Source: Eledone cirrhosa (Eukaryota). From it: a stretch of DNA of 64,000 nt. The notes beneath the pieces were generated by a model that saw only the letters and a list, made by a program, of their open reading frames with translations, had not been told where the DNA came from and did not search any database. This document shows positions 13,621-27,047 of the stretch, one piece after another. The position numbers were made by a program, and so were the translations under genes. Positions within the stretch are counted from its first letter, which is position 1. Each line of letters begins with the position of its first letter. The stretch is taken from positions 28,210,001 to 28,274,000 of the forward strand of contig OZ024750.1 in NCBI GenBank assembly GCA_964016885.1, written 5' to 3'.

Positions 13621-13880
13621 TAATTTATGAAACGTTTAAACCAACTGTAAAGTTTTCTCCTTGTCACGTAACCCCCTATATGTTGAGTTTTTTCTGGTCA
13701 AATGCTTGGTGGTCCCCGATCTGTCCAGTTCGTTTGTCTACCAGCACATCATGAACAAATTATATATCTTCTATGTATCTTGTCTGAGGAGGACATGTTT
13801 TGCTTTATGTTATACATAAAACTTTACATCTTCGAAATAAATATAATGAAATAAATAGAGATGATATAAAGTAATATATC

Positions 13881-14212
<332 letters not shown>

Positions 14213-14248
14213 GAAACATATATATAATATATATATATATATATATTG

Positions 14249-14465
14249 TGAAGGCGTGTGGCTGAGTGGTTAGAGAATTGGATTCACAATCTTGAGGTTG
14301 TGAGTTCGATTCCTGGACCGGGCGATGCGTTATGTCCTTGAGCAAGACACTTTATTTCACGTTGCTCCTTCTACCTGGAGTTGCGACCGATAGATAGTAC
14401 TAGCAACTGGAAAGACCAACGGAAACATTGTTTCCTCGGTCCGATTTGACGAAAGTCGATCGATT

Positions 14466-14470
<5 letters not shown>
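14249..14470 (+). mobile_element. SINE family 2, full length, tRNA head
   Basis: A-box TGGCTGAGTGG, B-box GAGTTCGATTCC, central tgtccttgagcaagacacttt. Near-identical inverse copy at 23875-24088. Confidence 0.92.
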
Positions 14471-14507
<37 letters not shown>

Positions 14508-14509
14508 TA

Positions 14510-14697
14510 TCCCGGGTTCAATCGGGGGTAACCACAGTAAGTAAGGTACTTAAAACATAGCAGAGTATAAATATTTTAATATAGAAATAGCTTCAACAGG
14601 ACTAGAACTGTTTCATTCGGGAGAGATCGTGGGGTCTCCTGATGATTTCTCTCGAATGAAACAGTTCTAGTCATGTAGAAGCCATTTCTATATTAAA
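14510..14697. mobile_element. Family B palindromic pLTR-like element within (TA)n
   Basis: ~55-bp inverted arms spanning 14575-14697. Confidence 0.75.
14633..14683 (+). ncRNA. Type I hammerhead ribozyme (family B)
   Basis: GGUCUC-CUGAUGA-U-UUC(ucuc)GAA-U-GAAA-CAG(uucuaguc)AUG-UA-GAAGCC, with one mismatch each in stems I and III. Confidence 0.65.
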
Positions 14698-14708
14698 TAC
14701 ATATATAA

Positions 14709-14751
<43 letters not shown>

Positions 14752-15107
14752 GAGATATATATATCATATATATATCTGTGTGCTTGTGTGTGTATGTGTA
14801 CGTGTATGTATGTAAAATGTATATAAAATATATATCCACCTTAAACATAGCTTTGTTACAAATTAGTGATGAAACTGAATATTGTTTATTTTGTCCAATA
14901 AAACAATGGATTATAATAAACAAAAGAAAACCCACCCGAACGAAACTGGACTTAGATAACAGGAGAAGTAAGCGAAACACTTAAGTGAATTGGCAACTGT
15001 AAACCACCTGGTATTGATAAAATGTCAAATGTCTACTTCAAGTACCTCACCGCTGAACTATAAGATTTGCAAAGCAAACGCCCAGAGAAAAATGAAATAA
15101 GTTAACA

Positions 15108-15560
15108 ATCGGGACCTCAGGCGTACTTGGACCCCACACAGTCGAGCTCCTCCGCAAGATCGGAACGTCGGCGGTCCGTCTTAGGAAGGAGCACCGTGAA
15201 GCGGGGTGGCTGTTGCAGCTGGTGTCGCTGGCCATTGTCCGCGGGAATGCTTTTGCGGCCTTGTCCGTGGGGCGCAGCCCCTTTACCGCCGCGCCCTAAG
15301 CCCAGAGCCTAATCATGCTGCTCCCACTCCATTCTTCTGTAAGACTAGAGTCTTTGCCATTCCCTCCCCTTTTTGATTTTTTTTTTCTCTTTTTCTTTAT
15401 ATTTTCCTATTTTACATTCCACTCTTCTCAATATAAATTCTCTTTTAAACTGTGTTTACTTTTCTATTCAACTGTGTTTACATGATATATTCCATAAATA
15501 CAATTATTCATTTGTTCATATCTTGCTAAGTGGTTCTAATGTAATGTATGTGAAATATAT
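15108..15560 (+). mobile_element. CRE-like non-LTR retrotransposon 3' end (ORF tail 15108-15299 plus 3' UTR)
   Basis: IGTSGVLGPHTVELLRKIGTSAVRLRKEHREAGWLLQLVSLAIVRGNAFAALSVGRSPFTAAP*; UTR homologous to 49905-50130. Confidence 0.85.
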
Positions 15561-15850
15561 ATAACTGGACATACAGTGAAACAATGTAGGTACTACGAAA
15601 TACTATTTCACTCCCATGTACACATATACACCAATTTTACTATGTAAGCTATATTCATATAAGTGAGGGACTTGACAGTGTCGTTAGAACGTTGGTTAGA
15701 ATGCTTTGTGTTATTCGTTCCAGCCCTCTGAACACTGAATTCAAACTTCATCGAGGTCAACTTTGTCTTTCTCTGTCGATAAGAAAAAGCAACAGTACAA
15801 TATCTGTGTAGATTCTGCTTCTAAGTATATATTATAGTATATATTATAAG

Positions 15851-16048
15851 GGCGGTGGATTGGCAGTATCGGTAGAGGGTCGGACGCCATGCTTTACAGC
15901 ATAGAGTTACGGTCCTTTATGATCTGAGGTTAAAACCCGCTGAGGCTGAGGTTAAATTTGCTTTTATCCTTACGGGGGTCGATAAAATAAAGTACCAGCA
16001 ATACACTGGGATAATTGCTGGCCTTGTGCCAAAAGTAGAAACAATTAT
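15851..16048 (+). mobile_element. SINE family 1, full length
   Basis: ggcggtggattggcagtatcgg...gaaacaattat. Confidence 0.92.
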
Positions 16049-16409
16049 ACGTATATATTATATCTTCTATTATATATCTAATTCTTTCGTATTCTTCTTC
16101 TTTCACATTGTTTCTTTTTCTCTCTACGTATTCGGCTATGATCACACCTGGAGCGGGATGGGCCTCAGCTGGTTTTATATCTTCCTAGTCACGCCGTTAT
16201 GTCACGACCCAAATCAAAGTAAATAAAGAAAATATAACACCATGACGTTTGTTCTGGAATATTTATCAGAAAACTCCAGTGCAGAGTCTGCATGTAGCTG
16301 GGTAACGCCCTGGGTTAGCTGTACAGTATTCGCTTCGTTTCCCTAGTTACATGCCTCATTTTCCCAAACAAAAAAAAAAACAAACAAAAAAATTCATCTT
16401 ATTGTTTTG

Positions 16410-16560
16410 TGTGGCAACCAGGTGCATTCGGCTACCAACCAAAACTCTGCCACCCGCCTAGCTGAAGAGGGCAAACTGTCTCAGTATTGGTCGCTCTCGG
16501 ATAGCTTTGTGGTAGAGCTTGTACCAGTCGAGACTTCCAACATTCTTGCTCTGGATCACA
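16410..16560 (+). mobile_element. CRE-like RLE domain fragment
   Basis: ATRLAEEGKLSQYWSLSDSFVVELVPVETSNIL resembles AE..K..KY..L...F.P..VETSG.LG. Confidence 0.6.
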
Positions 16561-16845
16561 TCCCTACTCGCTGCTATATGATAGTTATATGGTATATGGA
16601 CTGGGTGGGTGATCTACATTACAATTAATTTTCTCTTTCTAAGACTTTAAAACTATATACCGTTTGTGTTCTCTTATAAAGAAGACACCAATGTAACAGG
16701 TTAAGCCCAGCATATAAATAATATATTCACCACCCCCATATATATATATGTGTGTGTATGTGTGTGTATGTATGCATATATATGTATATGTATATATGTA
16801 TGTATATGCATGTATATGTATATATGCATGTGTATATATATATAT

Positions 16846-16907
<62 letters not shown>

Positions 16908-16984
16908 GTAACCGGCTAGTACTTAGTACTACCTACATATTTATAGTTATATCTAACAAATATAAATATAAATATTACTATATG

Positions 16985-17040
<56 letters not shown>

Positions 17041-17220
17041 TATATGTATATATGTATATATATATGTGTGTGTGTCTGTGGCTGTGTCTCTGTGTCTGTG
17101 TGTCTGTGTTTGTATGTGTGCATATATATGTATATATATGTATGTATATATATATATACATATGTATATATATACATACATATATATATATATGTGTGTG
17201 TGTATGTGTGTGTATGTATG

Positions 17221-17340
<120 letters not shown>

Positions 17341-17351
17341 AGTATATATGT

Positions 17352-17425
<74 letters not shown>

Positions 17426-17818
17426 TGTATGAACTTTAACAGCAGTAATTTCTAACTCTATGCTATTGTATACCACGTATTTCGTTTCTATAGTTTCAAT
17501 GGCCGACCCTGAATGGCATCGCAGTTTACATAAGGTCAACTACATCAGTATATTTAACTACAATCACAACCATAATAACCTTATTTAACACTGGCAACAA
17601 CAACAACAACAATAACAACGACCGTATTTACTACATAAATAAATAAAGGAGTGAATGTTTAATTAGTTGTTCTAATTACGCAGTGAACTACATAATTGTT
17701 CTAGAAAACAATAGAAATCGGTGTTGGGTACCTAGGGAGTACCATTACGGCGGCTTGGTTAAATTTGCACGAGACTTCATGGCCACAATTTATTGCATCA
17801 TTTTCGATTAATGAAATA

Positions 17819-20148
17819 CCGAGTTTCCCCTATTTTAAGACCTAAGAACCCCTCTCCCCTAAAAGAAAGCCCTAGCAGGATTTTTATGTTGTTGTTCAAT
17901 ATAAACCCTACCACAAAAATAAACCCTATCAGGATTTTTTGTTGCTGCCCAATATAAGCACTACCTTGATAATAAACCATAGCATGGTTTTTATGTTGCT
18001 GTCCAATTATAAGTCCTACCTTGATAATAAACCATAGCATGGTTTTTATGTTGCTGTCCAATTATAAGCCCTACCTTGATAATAAACCATAGCATGGTTT
18101 TTATGTTGCTGTCCAAGTATAAGTCCTACCTTGATAATAAACCATAGCATGGTTTTTATGTTGCTGTCCAATTCTAAGTCCTATCTTGATAATAAACCAT
18201 AGCATGTTTTTTATGTTGCTGTCCAATTATAAGCCCTACCTTGATAATAAACCATAGCATGGTTTTTATGTTGCTGTCCAAGTATAAGTCCTACCTTGAT
18301 AATAAACCATAGCATGGTTTTTATGTTGCTGTCCAATTCTAAGTCCTATCTTGATAATAAACCATAGCACGGTTTTTATGTTGCTGTCCAATTATAAGTC
18401 CTATCTTGATAATAAACCATAGCATGGTTTTTATGTTGCTGTCCAATTATAAGCCCTACCTTGATAATAAACCATAGCATGGTTTTTATGTTGCTATCCA
18501 ATTATAAGTCCTATCTTGATAATAAACCATAGCATGGTTTTTATGTTGCTGTCCAATTATAAGTCCTACCTTGATAATAAACCATAGCATGGTTTTTATG
18601 TTGCTGTCCAATATAAGCCCTATCTTGATAATAAACCATAGCATGGTTTTTATGTTGCTGTCCAATTATAAGTCCTATCTTGATAATAAACCATAGCATG
18701 GTTTTTATGTTGCTGTCCAATTATAAGTCCTATCTTGATAATAAACCATAGCATGGTTTTTATGTTGCTGTCCAATTATAAGTCCTATCTTGATAATAAA
18801 CCATAGCATGGTTTTTATGTTGCTGTCCAATTCTAAGTCCTATCTTGATAATAAACCATAGCATGGTTTTTATGCTGCTGTCCAATTATAAGTCCTATCT
18901 TGATAATAAACCATAGCATGGTTTTTATGTTGCTGTCCAATTCTAAGTCCTATCTTGATAATAAACCATAGCATGGTTTTTATGTTGCTGTCCAATTCTA
19001 AGTCCTATCTTGATAATAAACCATAGCATGGTTTTTATGTTGCTGTCCAATTCTAAGTCCTATCTTGATAATAAACCATAGCATGGTTTTTATGTTGCTG
19101 TCCAATTATAAGTCCTATCTTGATAATAAACCATAGCATGGTTTTTATGTTGCTGTCCAATTCTAAGTCCTATCTTGATGATAAACCATAGCTTGGTTTT
19201 TATGTTGCTGTCCAATTATAAGTCCTATCTTGATAATAAACCATAGCATGGTTTTTATGTTGCTGTCCAATTCTAAGTCCTACCTTGATGATAAACCATA
19301 GCATGGTTTTTATGTTGCTGTCCAAGTATAAGTCCTACCTTGATAATAAACCATAGCATGGTTTTTATGTTGCTGTCCAATTATAAGTCCTACCTTGATG
19401 ATAAACCATAGCATGGTTTTTATGTTGCTGTCCAAGTATAAGTCCTACCTTGATAATAAACCATAGCATGGTTTTTATGTTGCTGTCCAATTATAAGTCC
19501 TACCTTGATAATAAACCATAGCATGGTTTTTATGTTGCTGTCCAAGTATAAGTCCTACCTTGATAATAAACCATAGCATGGTTTTTATGTTGCTGTCCAA
19601 GTATAAGTCCTACCTTGATAATAAACCATAGCATGGTTTTTATGTTGCTGTCCAATTATAAGTCCTACCTTGATAATAAACCATAGCATGGTTTTTATGT
19701 TGCTGTCCAAGTATAATCCCTATCCCGAAAATAAGCCATAGCAGGATTTTTGTGAGAAAAACTAATATAAAAATTAATATAACTTTACTTTAACTTTGAT
19801 AACTTTGATAGGTTTCGGCCAGTATTGGTCCATACCATGTCTAACTTAATAGCATTACAGAATATTGCTGATTACTAATATAATATATATCTTTTAATGA
19901 TATCATTTTGAACTCAATAATATATATCTTTTAATGGTATTGTTTTTAACTCTATGATATATGTCTTTTAATGATATTGTTTTTAACTCTATAATATATA
20001 TCCTTTATTTTTGACATCAGTATAATGATACTGTCAACAAAACTCTTGTGCTGTTATTTTTCACGTAAAAATATAAGCCTTTCCTCGAAAATAACCCCTG
20101 GTGCTTTTTTTTAAGGGAAATTTGATATAAGACTTCTCTTAAACACGG
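17819..20148. mobile_element. Non-autonomous Tc1/mariner-superfamily (Tc2/pogo-like) element
   Basis: TA-CCGAGTTT ... AAACACGG-TA termini and repeated subterminal aaaataagccctagcaggatttt-like motifs. Confidence 0.6.
17910..19740. repeat. 55-bp tandem array, ~33 copies
   Basis: Unit ccttgataataaaccatagcatggtttttatgttgctgtccaattataagtccta; period 55 (17966 to 18021). Confidence 0.98.
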
Positions 20149-20353
20149 TAGCTCTAAATGAAATAGAATGGAAAGGACCTCCATCAGTTTCAACGATCAC
20201 TGCTCCAGTTAACTGAAGAGATTCCCCACGAAATTAACGTAAAAACGTGTAAGTGGTCGAGTATTCCACATATACACGCACAGTTAGATACACATGCACA
20301 CACACATGCATGCACACACACATGCACACACACACACACATGCACACACACAT

Positions 20354-20390
<37 letters not shown>

Positions 20391-20876
20391 CACACAGAAG
20401 CACACACACAATGTAGGAGGACAAATATTTTAATAGATGCTTTTTCTTCACTTTAGCTGAAGTTGTTAAGTTTCAAATTAAACCAAACTATGATCAGGGA
20501 TTTTTCAGCATTGATCATCGCATCTTTTCCCCAAATCCACATTATTCAATGTGTTCTTTCTTCGTCAGACAATATGGTGTGATTAGTGATGGGGATTTGC
20601 TGCTATTTTTGCAGGTCAAGTGATCACTTAAACCAAGGGTCCCAAGCACGGGGTCCTGGATATCGCAGAAGAGCACAGGAATTCTGGCTTTCACTTAATA
20701 ATTCGTGCGGAACAGATTTAAGTCTGTCCGGGTATCAAAGGCTGTTGCCCGATATAGGTTTGTTATTTTTATTAATTTATTACTTTAAATCGAGTCAGGC
20801 AAACCATATTGTTTTAAATTAGTATTTTTTCAACCTAGCTAACTTGGTCATTTGTGTTCATCCCTCTCACATATCC

Positions 20877-20943
<67 letters not shown>

Positions 20944-21131
20944 AAACTGTCACAATTTTACTCTTTCTCCTCTCCCTAGTCTTCTATGAAAGTATTTGCT
21001 TGTATATATAAGTGTGTGTGTTGCTATGTATAACTACTGCACCTAATATATGACGCAAAAGGCGGCCAATTGGCAGAGTTGTTAGAACGTCCGATATAAT
21101 GCTTTGAGGTATTTGTCTATGCGCTCTCAGT

Positions 21132-21470
21132 TCACTGTCCCAAATTCAGACACTGTATATCAAGGACAAAATATATGTTCACTGTTCCACATTCAAACAT
21201 TGTACCTAAATCTAGGACTACATACAAGGTAACACTGTCCCATATTCTGGCATTGTATATCTAGGACTACATACAGGGTCACACTGTCCCATATTCTGGC
21301 ATTGTATATCTAGGACTACATACAGGATCACACTGTCCCATATTCAGGCATTGTATATCTAGGACTACATACAGGGTAACACTGTCCCATATTCTGGCAT
21401 TGTATATCTAGGACTACATACAGGGTCACACTGTCCTACATTCAGACATTGTATATTCAGGACCACATAA
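21132..21470. repeat. 49-bp minisatellite, ~6-7 copies, directly after a SINE head (21061-21132)
   Basis: acactgtcccatattctggcattgtatatctaggactacatacagggtc; period 21232 to 21281. Confidence 0.93.
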
Positions 21471-21699
21471 TCCAATGCGACACTTCTTTTTCAAGAGGTT
21501 AGGAGTTAATCTAAGGAAGTTTGACTGTTATTTGTAGCTGCTCGAGCAACGAATTCGAGGCTGCCTCAATGGCTTGTTGTTGTGGTTGTTTTTGTAGGTG
21601 GAAAAGAGGGGGTGGCGGAAAAGAGGAAAAAGAAGAAAAGTAAATATCTGTAATATCAGTAAGGGAAGTAATATTCAAGTGGTGTAAATTGTTTGAATA

Positions 21700-21930
21700 A
21701 AATTTCCGTCAGCAAATCTTAACCGGAAAGGCTTTTCGTCGGAAACCGGAAACCAAAAGACGACTTCGTTAACAGCTTTTTTTTATATATTTCTTTTTCT
21801 CCAACCCTTTTTATTTTCAAACGGCAGCTGTATTTGAAAAGCTGCATACTGATTGGCTCACTGAAACACGGAAAAGTTTGTTTCCGGTTTTGATTCTACG
21901 ATAAATATTCCTGTTTACGGACGTGAAACA
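21700..21930. promoter_or_regulatory. Candidate housekeeping-type promoter
   Basis: CCGGAA at 21723, 21746 and 21882 (reverse), CTGATTGGCT at 21849, and local CpG excess in non-repetitive DNA. Confidence 0.4.
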
Positions 21931-22119
21931 TTTCTGGTTTTTCAAGTATATATGAGGTTTAAGGAAGTAATAGTATTTTTGTTTTAAATATGTCGAAGTC
22001 GTGTTTAAAATGCATAATTAAATAACAAAGAGTGAGATTATTTTGCAAGAGAGTAAACAATTATTTTATCCCTCAGACGTTTCACACTAGAATATCATGG
22101 CACAGTAATTAATTTTATT

Positions 22120-22760
22120 ATAATGGTTTTTGATTTAGGCACAAGGCCAACAATTTTGTGGGAGGGACAAGTCGGTCAAATCGACCCCAGTGTATTACTG
22201 GTACTTTATTTTATCGACCCCGTAAGGATGAAAGGTAAAGCTTAACCTCGTCAGGATTTGAGAGATAAAATAATTGTTTATCTTCTCCTTCTTCTTAGAA
22301 AGAAATCACAACCTCCCGATTCCGTATCCAATTCTCTAACCACTCAGCCACGCGCCTTCACTTGCCAAATAATTGTTTCTACTTTTGACACAAGGCCAGC
22401 AATTATCCCAGTGCATTACTGGTACTTTATTTTATCGACCCTGTCAGGATGAAAGGCAAAGTTAACCTCGGCAGGATTTGAACTCAGATCAGAAAGGGGC
22501 GTAACTCTGTGCTGCAATGCCTGTTGTCCGACCCTCTACCGATACTGCCAAACCACCACCTTCATTTCCAAAATAATAATTATAATTGTTTCTACCTTTA
22601 GCACAAGGCCAGCAATTTGAAGGGACCGGAATGGGAAAGTTGTATTACTGGCACATTATTTTATTGATGAAGTGCAGCGTTAATCTTAGAATGTAAAAAC
22701 TGAGGGAATTTGTCGCAAAGTAGTTTGTCTGAAGTTCTAATGACTCGGTCAACCTATCAC
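22120..22760 (-). mobile_element. Cluster of three SINE family 1 copies and a family 2 head (22305-22362)
   Basis: Repeated cacaaggccagcaat...ttatcgaccc..ggatgaaagg. Confidence 0.88.
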
Positions 22761-23169
22761 CTTTCCAACAACAACATCATCATCATCATCATCATGAAGA
22801 AGAAGAAGAAGAAGAAGAAGAAGAAGAAGAAGAATCTAGTGAAAAAGAAACTCAACGAGACACCTTAAGTATTGATGATCGGAGGTTGTTATAAAATACA
22901 GCAGATTGCTGATTTCCCATGTTTTACTGATTACGTAAAACAGATAAATTATATTTTATACAAAATTAAATATGTTAATCTAGAAAAAAATATTTCAGTA
23001 TTCCTTATGTTGCGTTATTCATAGAAGATATATAATTATATTGTTTTTATTATCAATTTAGTGATACAATCGAGTTACTGAAATGCTCCACAACTAAGCT
23101 ACAGGTTGTAAGCTTCTCAGAGTTAAATGATTAATTATCTATCTTACAATGAGGACAGTGGACATTATA

Positions 23170-23531
23170 CTTTTCGGCCTATAGTTACGTCCCTTTACGT
23201 TCTGATTTCAAATCCCACCGAGGTAAGCTTTGCCTTTCATCCTCACAGGGTCGATAAAATAAAGTACCAGTAATGCACTGAGTTAGATTTAATCAATTTT
23301 ATCCTTTTTCAAAAAAATTGTTGGCTTTGTGCCTAAATCAGAAACCATTGGTGGATTGGCAGTATCGGTAGAGGGTCGGACGCCATGCTTTGCAGTACAG
23401 TTACGTCCCTTTACGATCTGAGTTCAAATCCCGCCGAGGTTGACTTTGCCTTTCATCCTTACGGGGTCGATAAAATAAAGTACCAGTAATGCACTGGATA
23501 ATTGCTGGCCTTGTGCCTAAAGTAGAAACAA
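23170..23531 (+). mobile_element. Two tandem SINE family 1 copies
   Basis: 23170-23348 and 23349-23531. Confidence 0.92.
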
Positions 23532-23628
23532 ATATCTATCTTTCAATAGGTGAGGAGTTTAGACATAAGCAAGTCTGTGAATATTTGTTTTATGTTACTA
23601 CTACTACTACTAATAATAATAATAATAA

Positions 23629-23819
23629 TAATTGTTTCTACTTTTGGCACAAGGCCAGCAATTACCCCAGTGTATTACTGGTACTTTATTTTATCGACCC
23701 CGTAAGGATGGAAGGCAAAGTTAACCTCGGCGGGATTTGAACTCAAAATGGCAAGGGCCGTAACTCTATGCGTCAAAGCATGGCGTCCGACCCTCTACCG
23801 ATACTGCCAATCCACCGCC
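23629..23819 (-). mobile_element. SINE family 1, full length, (TAA)n-flanked
   Basis: Reverse-complement match to other copies. Confidence 0.93.
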
Positions 23820-23842
23820 AGTAATAATAATAATAATAATAC

Positions 23843-23874
<32 letters not shown>

Positions 23875-24086
23875 AATCGATCGACTTTCGTCAAATCGGA
23901 CCGAGGGAACAATGTTTCCGTTGGTCTTTCCAATTGTTAATACTATCAATCGGTCGCAACTCCAGGTAGAAGGAGCAACGTGAAATAAAGTGTCTTGCTC
24001 AAGGACATAACGCATCACCTGGTCCAGGAATCGAACTCACAACCTTACGATTGCGAATCCAATTCCCTAACCACTCAGCCACACGC

Positions 24087-24088
<2 letters not shown>
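23875..24088 (-). mobile_element. SINE family 2, full length
   Basis: Reverse complement of 14249-14470. Confidence 0.93.
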
Positions 24089-24130
<42 letters not shown>

Positions 24131-24785
24131 TGAGGACTCAGCTCACACGACCCTCTCAAGAAGAAGAAAAAGAAAAAGAAAAAGAAGAAGAAGAAGAAGA
24201 AGAAGAAGAAGAAGAAGAAGAAGAAATATATGCATATGTATAAATGTGGGTATGTGCTAGAGAGAGGAGTGAGATTATGCAGTGTCGCGCTGTGACACAT
24301 ATGGCGCACGTGTCGTACTCTGTTGCCGGCTCAGTGCAGTGCACAATACATCTACAGGCATCTCCTGCTGATTCAATCCTCCTAGCCGAAAATAGACAAA
24401 TACAACTTAAGTCCAGAAGCAGCTGGGTAAAATATACTTATCTTTGTTTACCTCACTGGGCTGATTTCAAGCCTTCCTATATACATATATATATATATAT
24501 ACGAATACATCTGGAAGCCTTCCCCCCAACACTCATCTTCATATCAGGGACCCCCTCTATATCATTTATCTCAGCTTTACTTCTGGACAGGAGATCGCCT
24601 TCTAATCAGGAGCTTTGTAGAATGTCTGCCATCTTGTAATACAACTCGCATTAATATGTAGAAGTAACCCTGTCTTAACAACATTTCACGTCTGTGTGTG
24701 TGTGTGTGTGTGTGTGCGTGTGTGTGTTAAGTATTTCCGTGGAAAAGGTAAAGGAAAGAAGAGTGCTCTATGTATAGTACAGAAC

Positions 24786-24993
24786 TATTTAATTATGTAA
24801 TAAATAACACAATATAATTATTCCATTACTCAAGGTTTCACGAAGTTAGACGATTCTAACAGAAACGTCTAATATCGCTCATCAGATAGAAATCTTTAAT
24901 TCCTCTGATGAGCGATATCAGACGTTTCTGTTAGAATCGTCTAACTTCGAGTAATGGAATTATTATATTGTATTGTTTATTACATAATTAAAT
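24786..24993. mobile_element. Family C palindromic pLTR-like element
   Basis: ~100-bp inverted arms around a ~15-bp spacer near 24890-24903. Confidence 0.8.
24821..24891 (-). ncRNA. Complete type I hammerhead ribozyme (family C)
   Basis: UUCUAU-CUGAUGA-GCGA.UUAGACG.UUCU(guu)AGAA.CGUCUAA.UCGU-GAAA-C(cuuga)G-UA-AUGGAA; GUA cut site at plus-strand 24827-24829. Confidence 0.8.
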
Positions 24994-25862
24994 TATATAT
25001 AAGCACAAGGGTCTCAACCACATTGTGTTAATTTTAACAAGGTAATTGTAATTTGTTATCATATCTTTCTCCCTAATTCTCTCTCACTTAGATCCATTTG
25101 AGACAGATCTAGTATACCAATGATCAAAGTTGATTCATCCATGACCAACATGTTTTCTTTAATGATTTTTAACTGGTATTTTTAGTAAGATGACACCCAG
25201 TTGACTCTAAAACTCTTGTTTAAACTAAGTGTGAAGCAAGGATAAGAATGATATATGATAAAGAATTAAAATTAATTCAATTAATTGAAATGGGATCCAG
25301 CCATGTAACGTCTTAGTTTAATGCTGGCATGGGAAGCCTAAACACTAATTTAATATAAGTTATATGCTTTAAGATTTGTAAAATGAAAGATTTGGTTTCT
25401 TTCAAGTAGAAAGTGCGTCCCCACTTAGGATTTGAAATTCGCCCCCAGCAATAAAAAATATTCCTCCACCCCTGTTTAAATACATATGTATACATGGGTC
25501 GATTCTTGGACTGGGTTGTCTGTTGTGTTCTTGAACAAAATACTTCATTTCACGTTGCTCCATATACTCAACTGAAAACGAATACCGGAAATAGCTGGGA
25601 GTTTAAACCTGTGATGGACTGGCGTCCTCTCCAAGGAGGTGTATTGTACTCTCAGTCGCTTAACGCCATAGAAATCAGGATAAGAATCAGCCTGATGTGC
25701 CTCCGGGCTTCAGACAGACTTTTTTAAAGATACATATGCATAAATACACATTCGTATGATATCCATATGATAGTAAACACAATAGATTCGTCTGTTGATT
25801 CTATTTGAATTCTTTATAATCCTATATATTCTGACGTATTTTTCAGGTTACATTATTCTATT

Positions 25863-27010
25863 TAATCCCGCCGAGGTTAACTTTGCCTTTCATCCTTACG
25901 AGGTCGATAAAATAAAGTACCAGTAATGTACTGTAAAATTGCTGGCCTTGTGCCTAAAGTAGAAACAATTATTCTATTTAAAATTCACCTGAATTTAGGC
26001 CTACTTGCTTGAACAACTCACTGAACAATGAAGGCTAATTATCTCAACGATTGTAGGTGGATTCAGATGAATAATAGAGGAAGAAAGCATAACAACGAAT
26101 AATGTTTTTATGAAACAAAATGTAATATATAAAAGGTGTTACTTCATACAATGCATTATGTTTATGGTGGTGTTAAGGCCTATTTTTTCCCCTATTCTTT
26201 TTTCAATATGTAAAGAACCACTCCTACGTAAAGAACCACTTCTAGTTTCACAGATGTCATTGACCTATCTAAATGTTATAACTTCATTTCATGTAAGGAT
26301 AGTTTTCCTATTCAATACTCAACCCCTACTAAATAAATACCATTGAATTATTCAGTCTTGCTCCCTCATGAAATAATAATATTAATAATTGTTTCTACGT
26401 TTGGCACAAGGCCAGCAATTACCCATTTTATTAATAATAAAGTGGCTTATTAATTAAGTAAAAAAATTGTTATTATTAATTGGAGGGCGGTGAATAGGCA
26501 GTATCGGTAGACGGTCGGACATGCTTTCCAGCATAGTTACGTCCCTTTACGATCTGAGTTCAAATCCCACCGAGGTAAACTTTGCTTTTCATCGATAAAA
26601 TAAAGTACCCGTAATATACGGGGTAATTGCTGGCCTTGTGCCAAAAGTAGAATAAATTATTAAGTGGAGGAATAGTTAAATGTTTTACGGCATTTAGTTG
26701 CGGCTCTTTGAGTTCTGAGTTCCAATTCCACGGAGGTTAGTTTGTCTTTCATTCTTACGGAGTCGATAAAATAAAGTACCAGTAACGCATTAGAGTCGAT
26801 CTAATCGACATTCCCGTCGCCCAAGATTGTTGGCCTTGTTCCTAAATCAGAAACCAATATTTCACAGCAACACACACACACACACACACATTAATAGAAT
26901 AAACTACTAGTATTTCTATAGATACAATATTTCACAGCAACACACACACACACACAAACACATTAATGGAATAAACTACTAGTATTTCTATAGATACAAT
27001 ATTTCACAGC

Positions 27011-27047
<37 letters not shown>

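Noticed and set aside
14249-14325. tRNA gene
   Set aside because: It has A and B boxes but no acceptor stem, and continues into a SINE body. The same applies to other SINE heads and the tRNA-like fragment at 27430-27485.
17910-19740. CRISPR-like palindromic repeats
   Set aside because: The sequence between palindromes is constant, not spacer-like.
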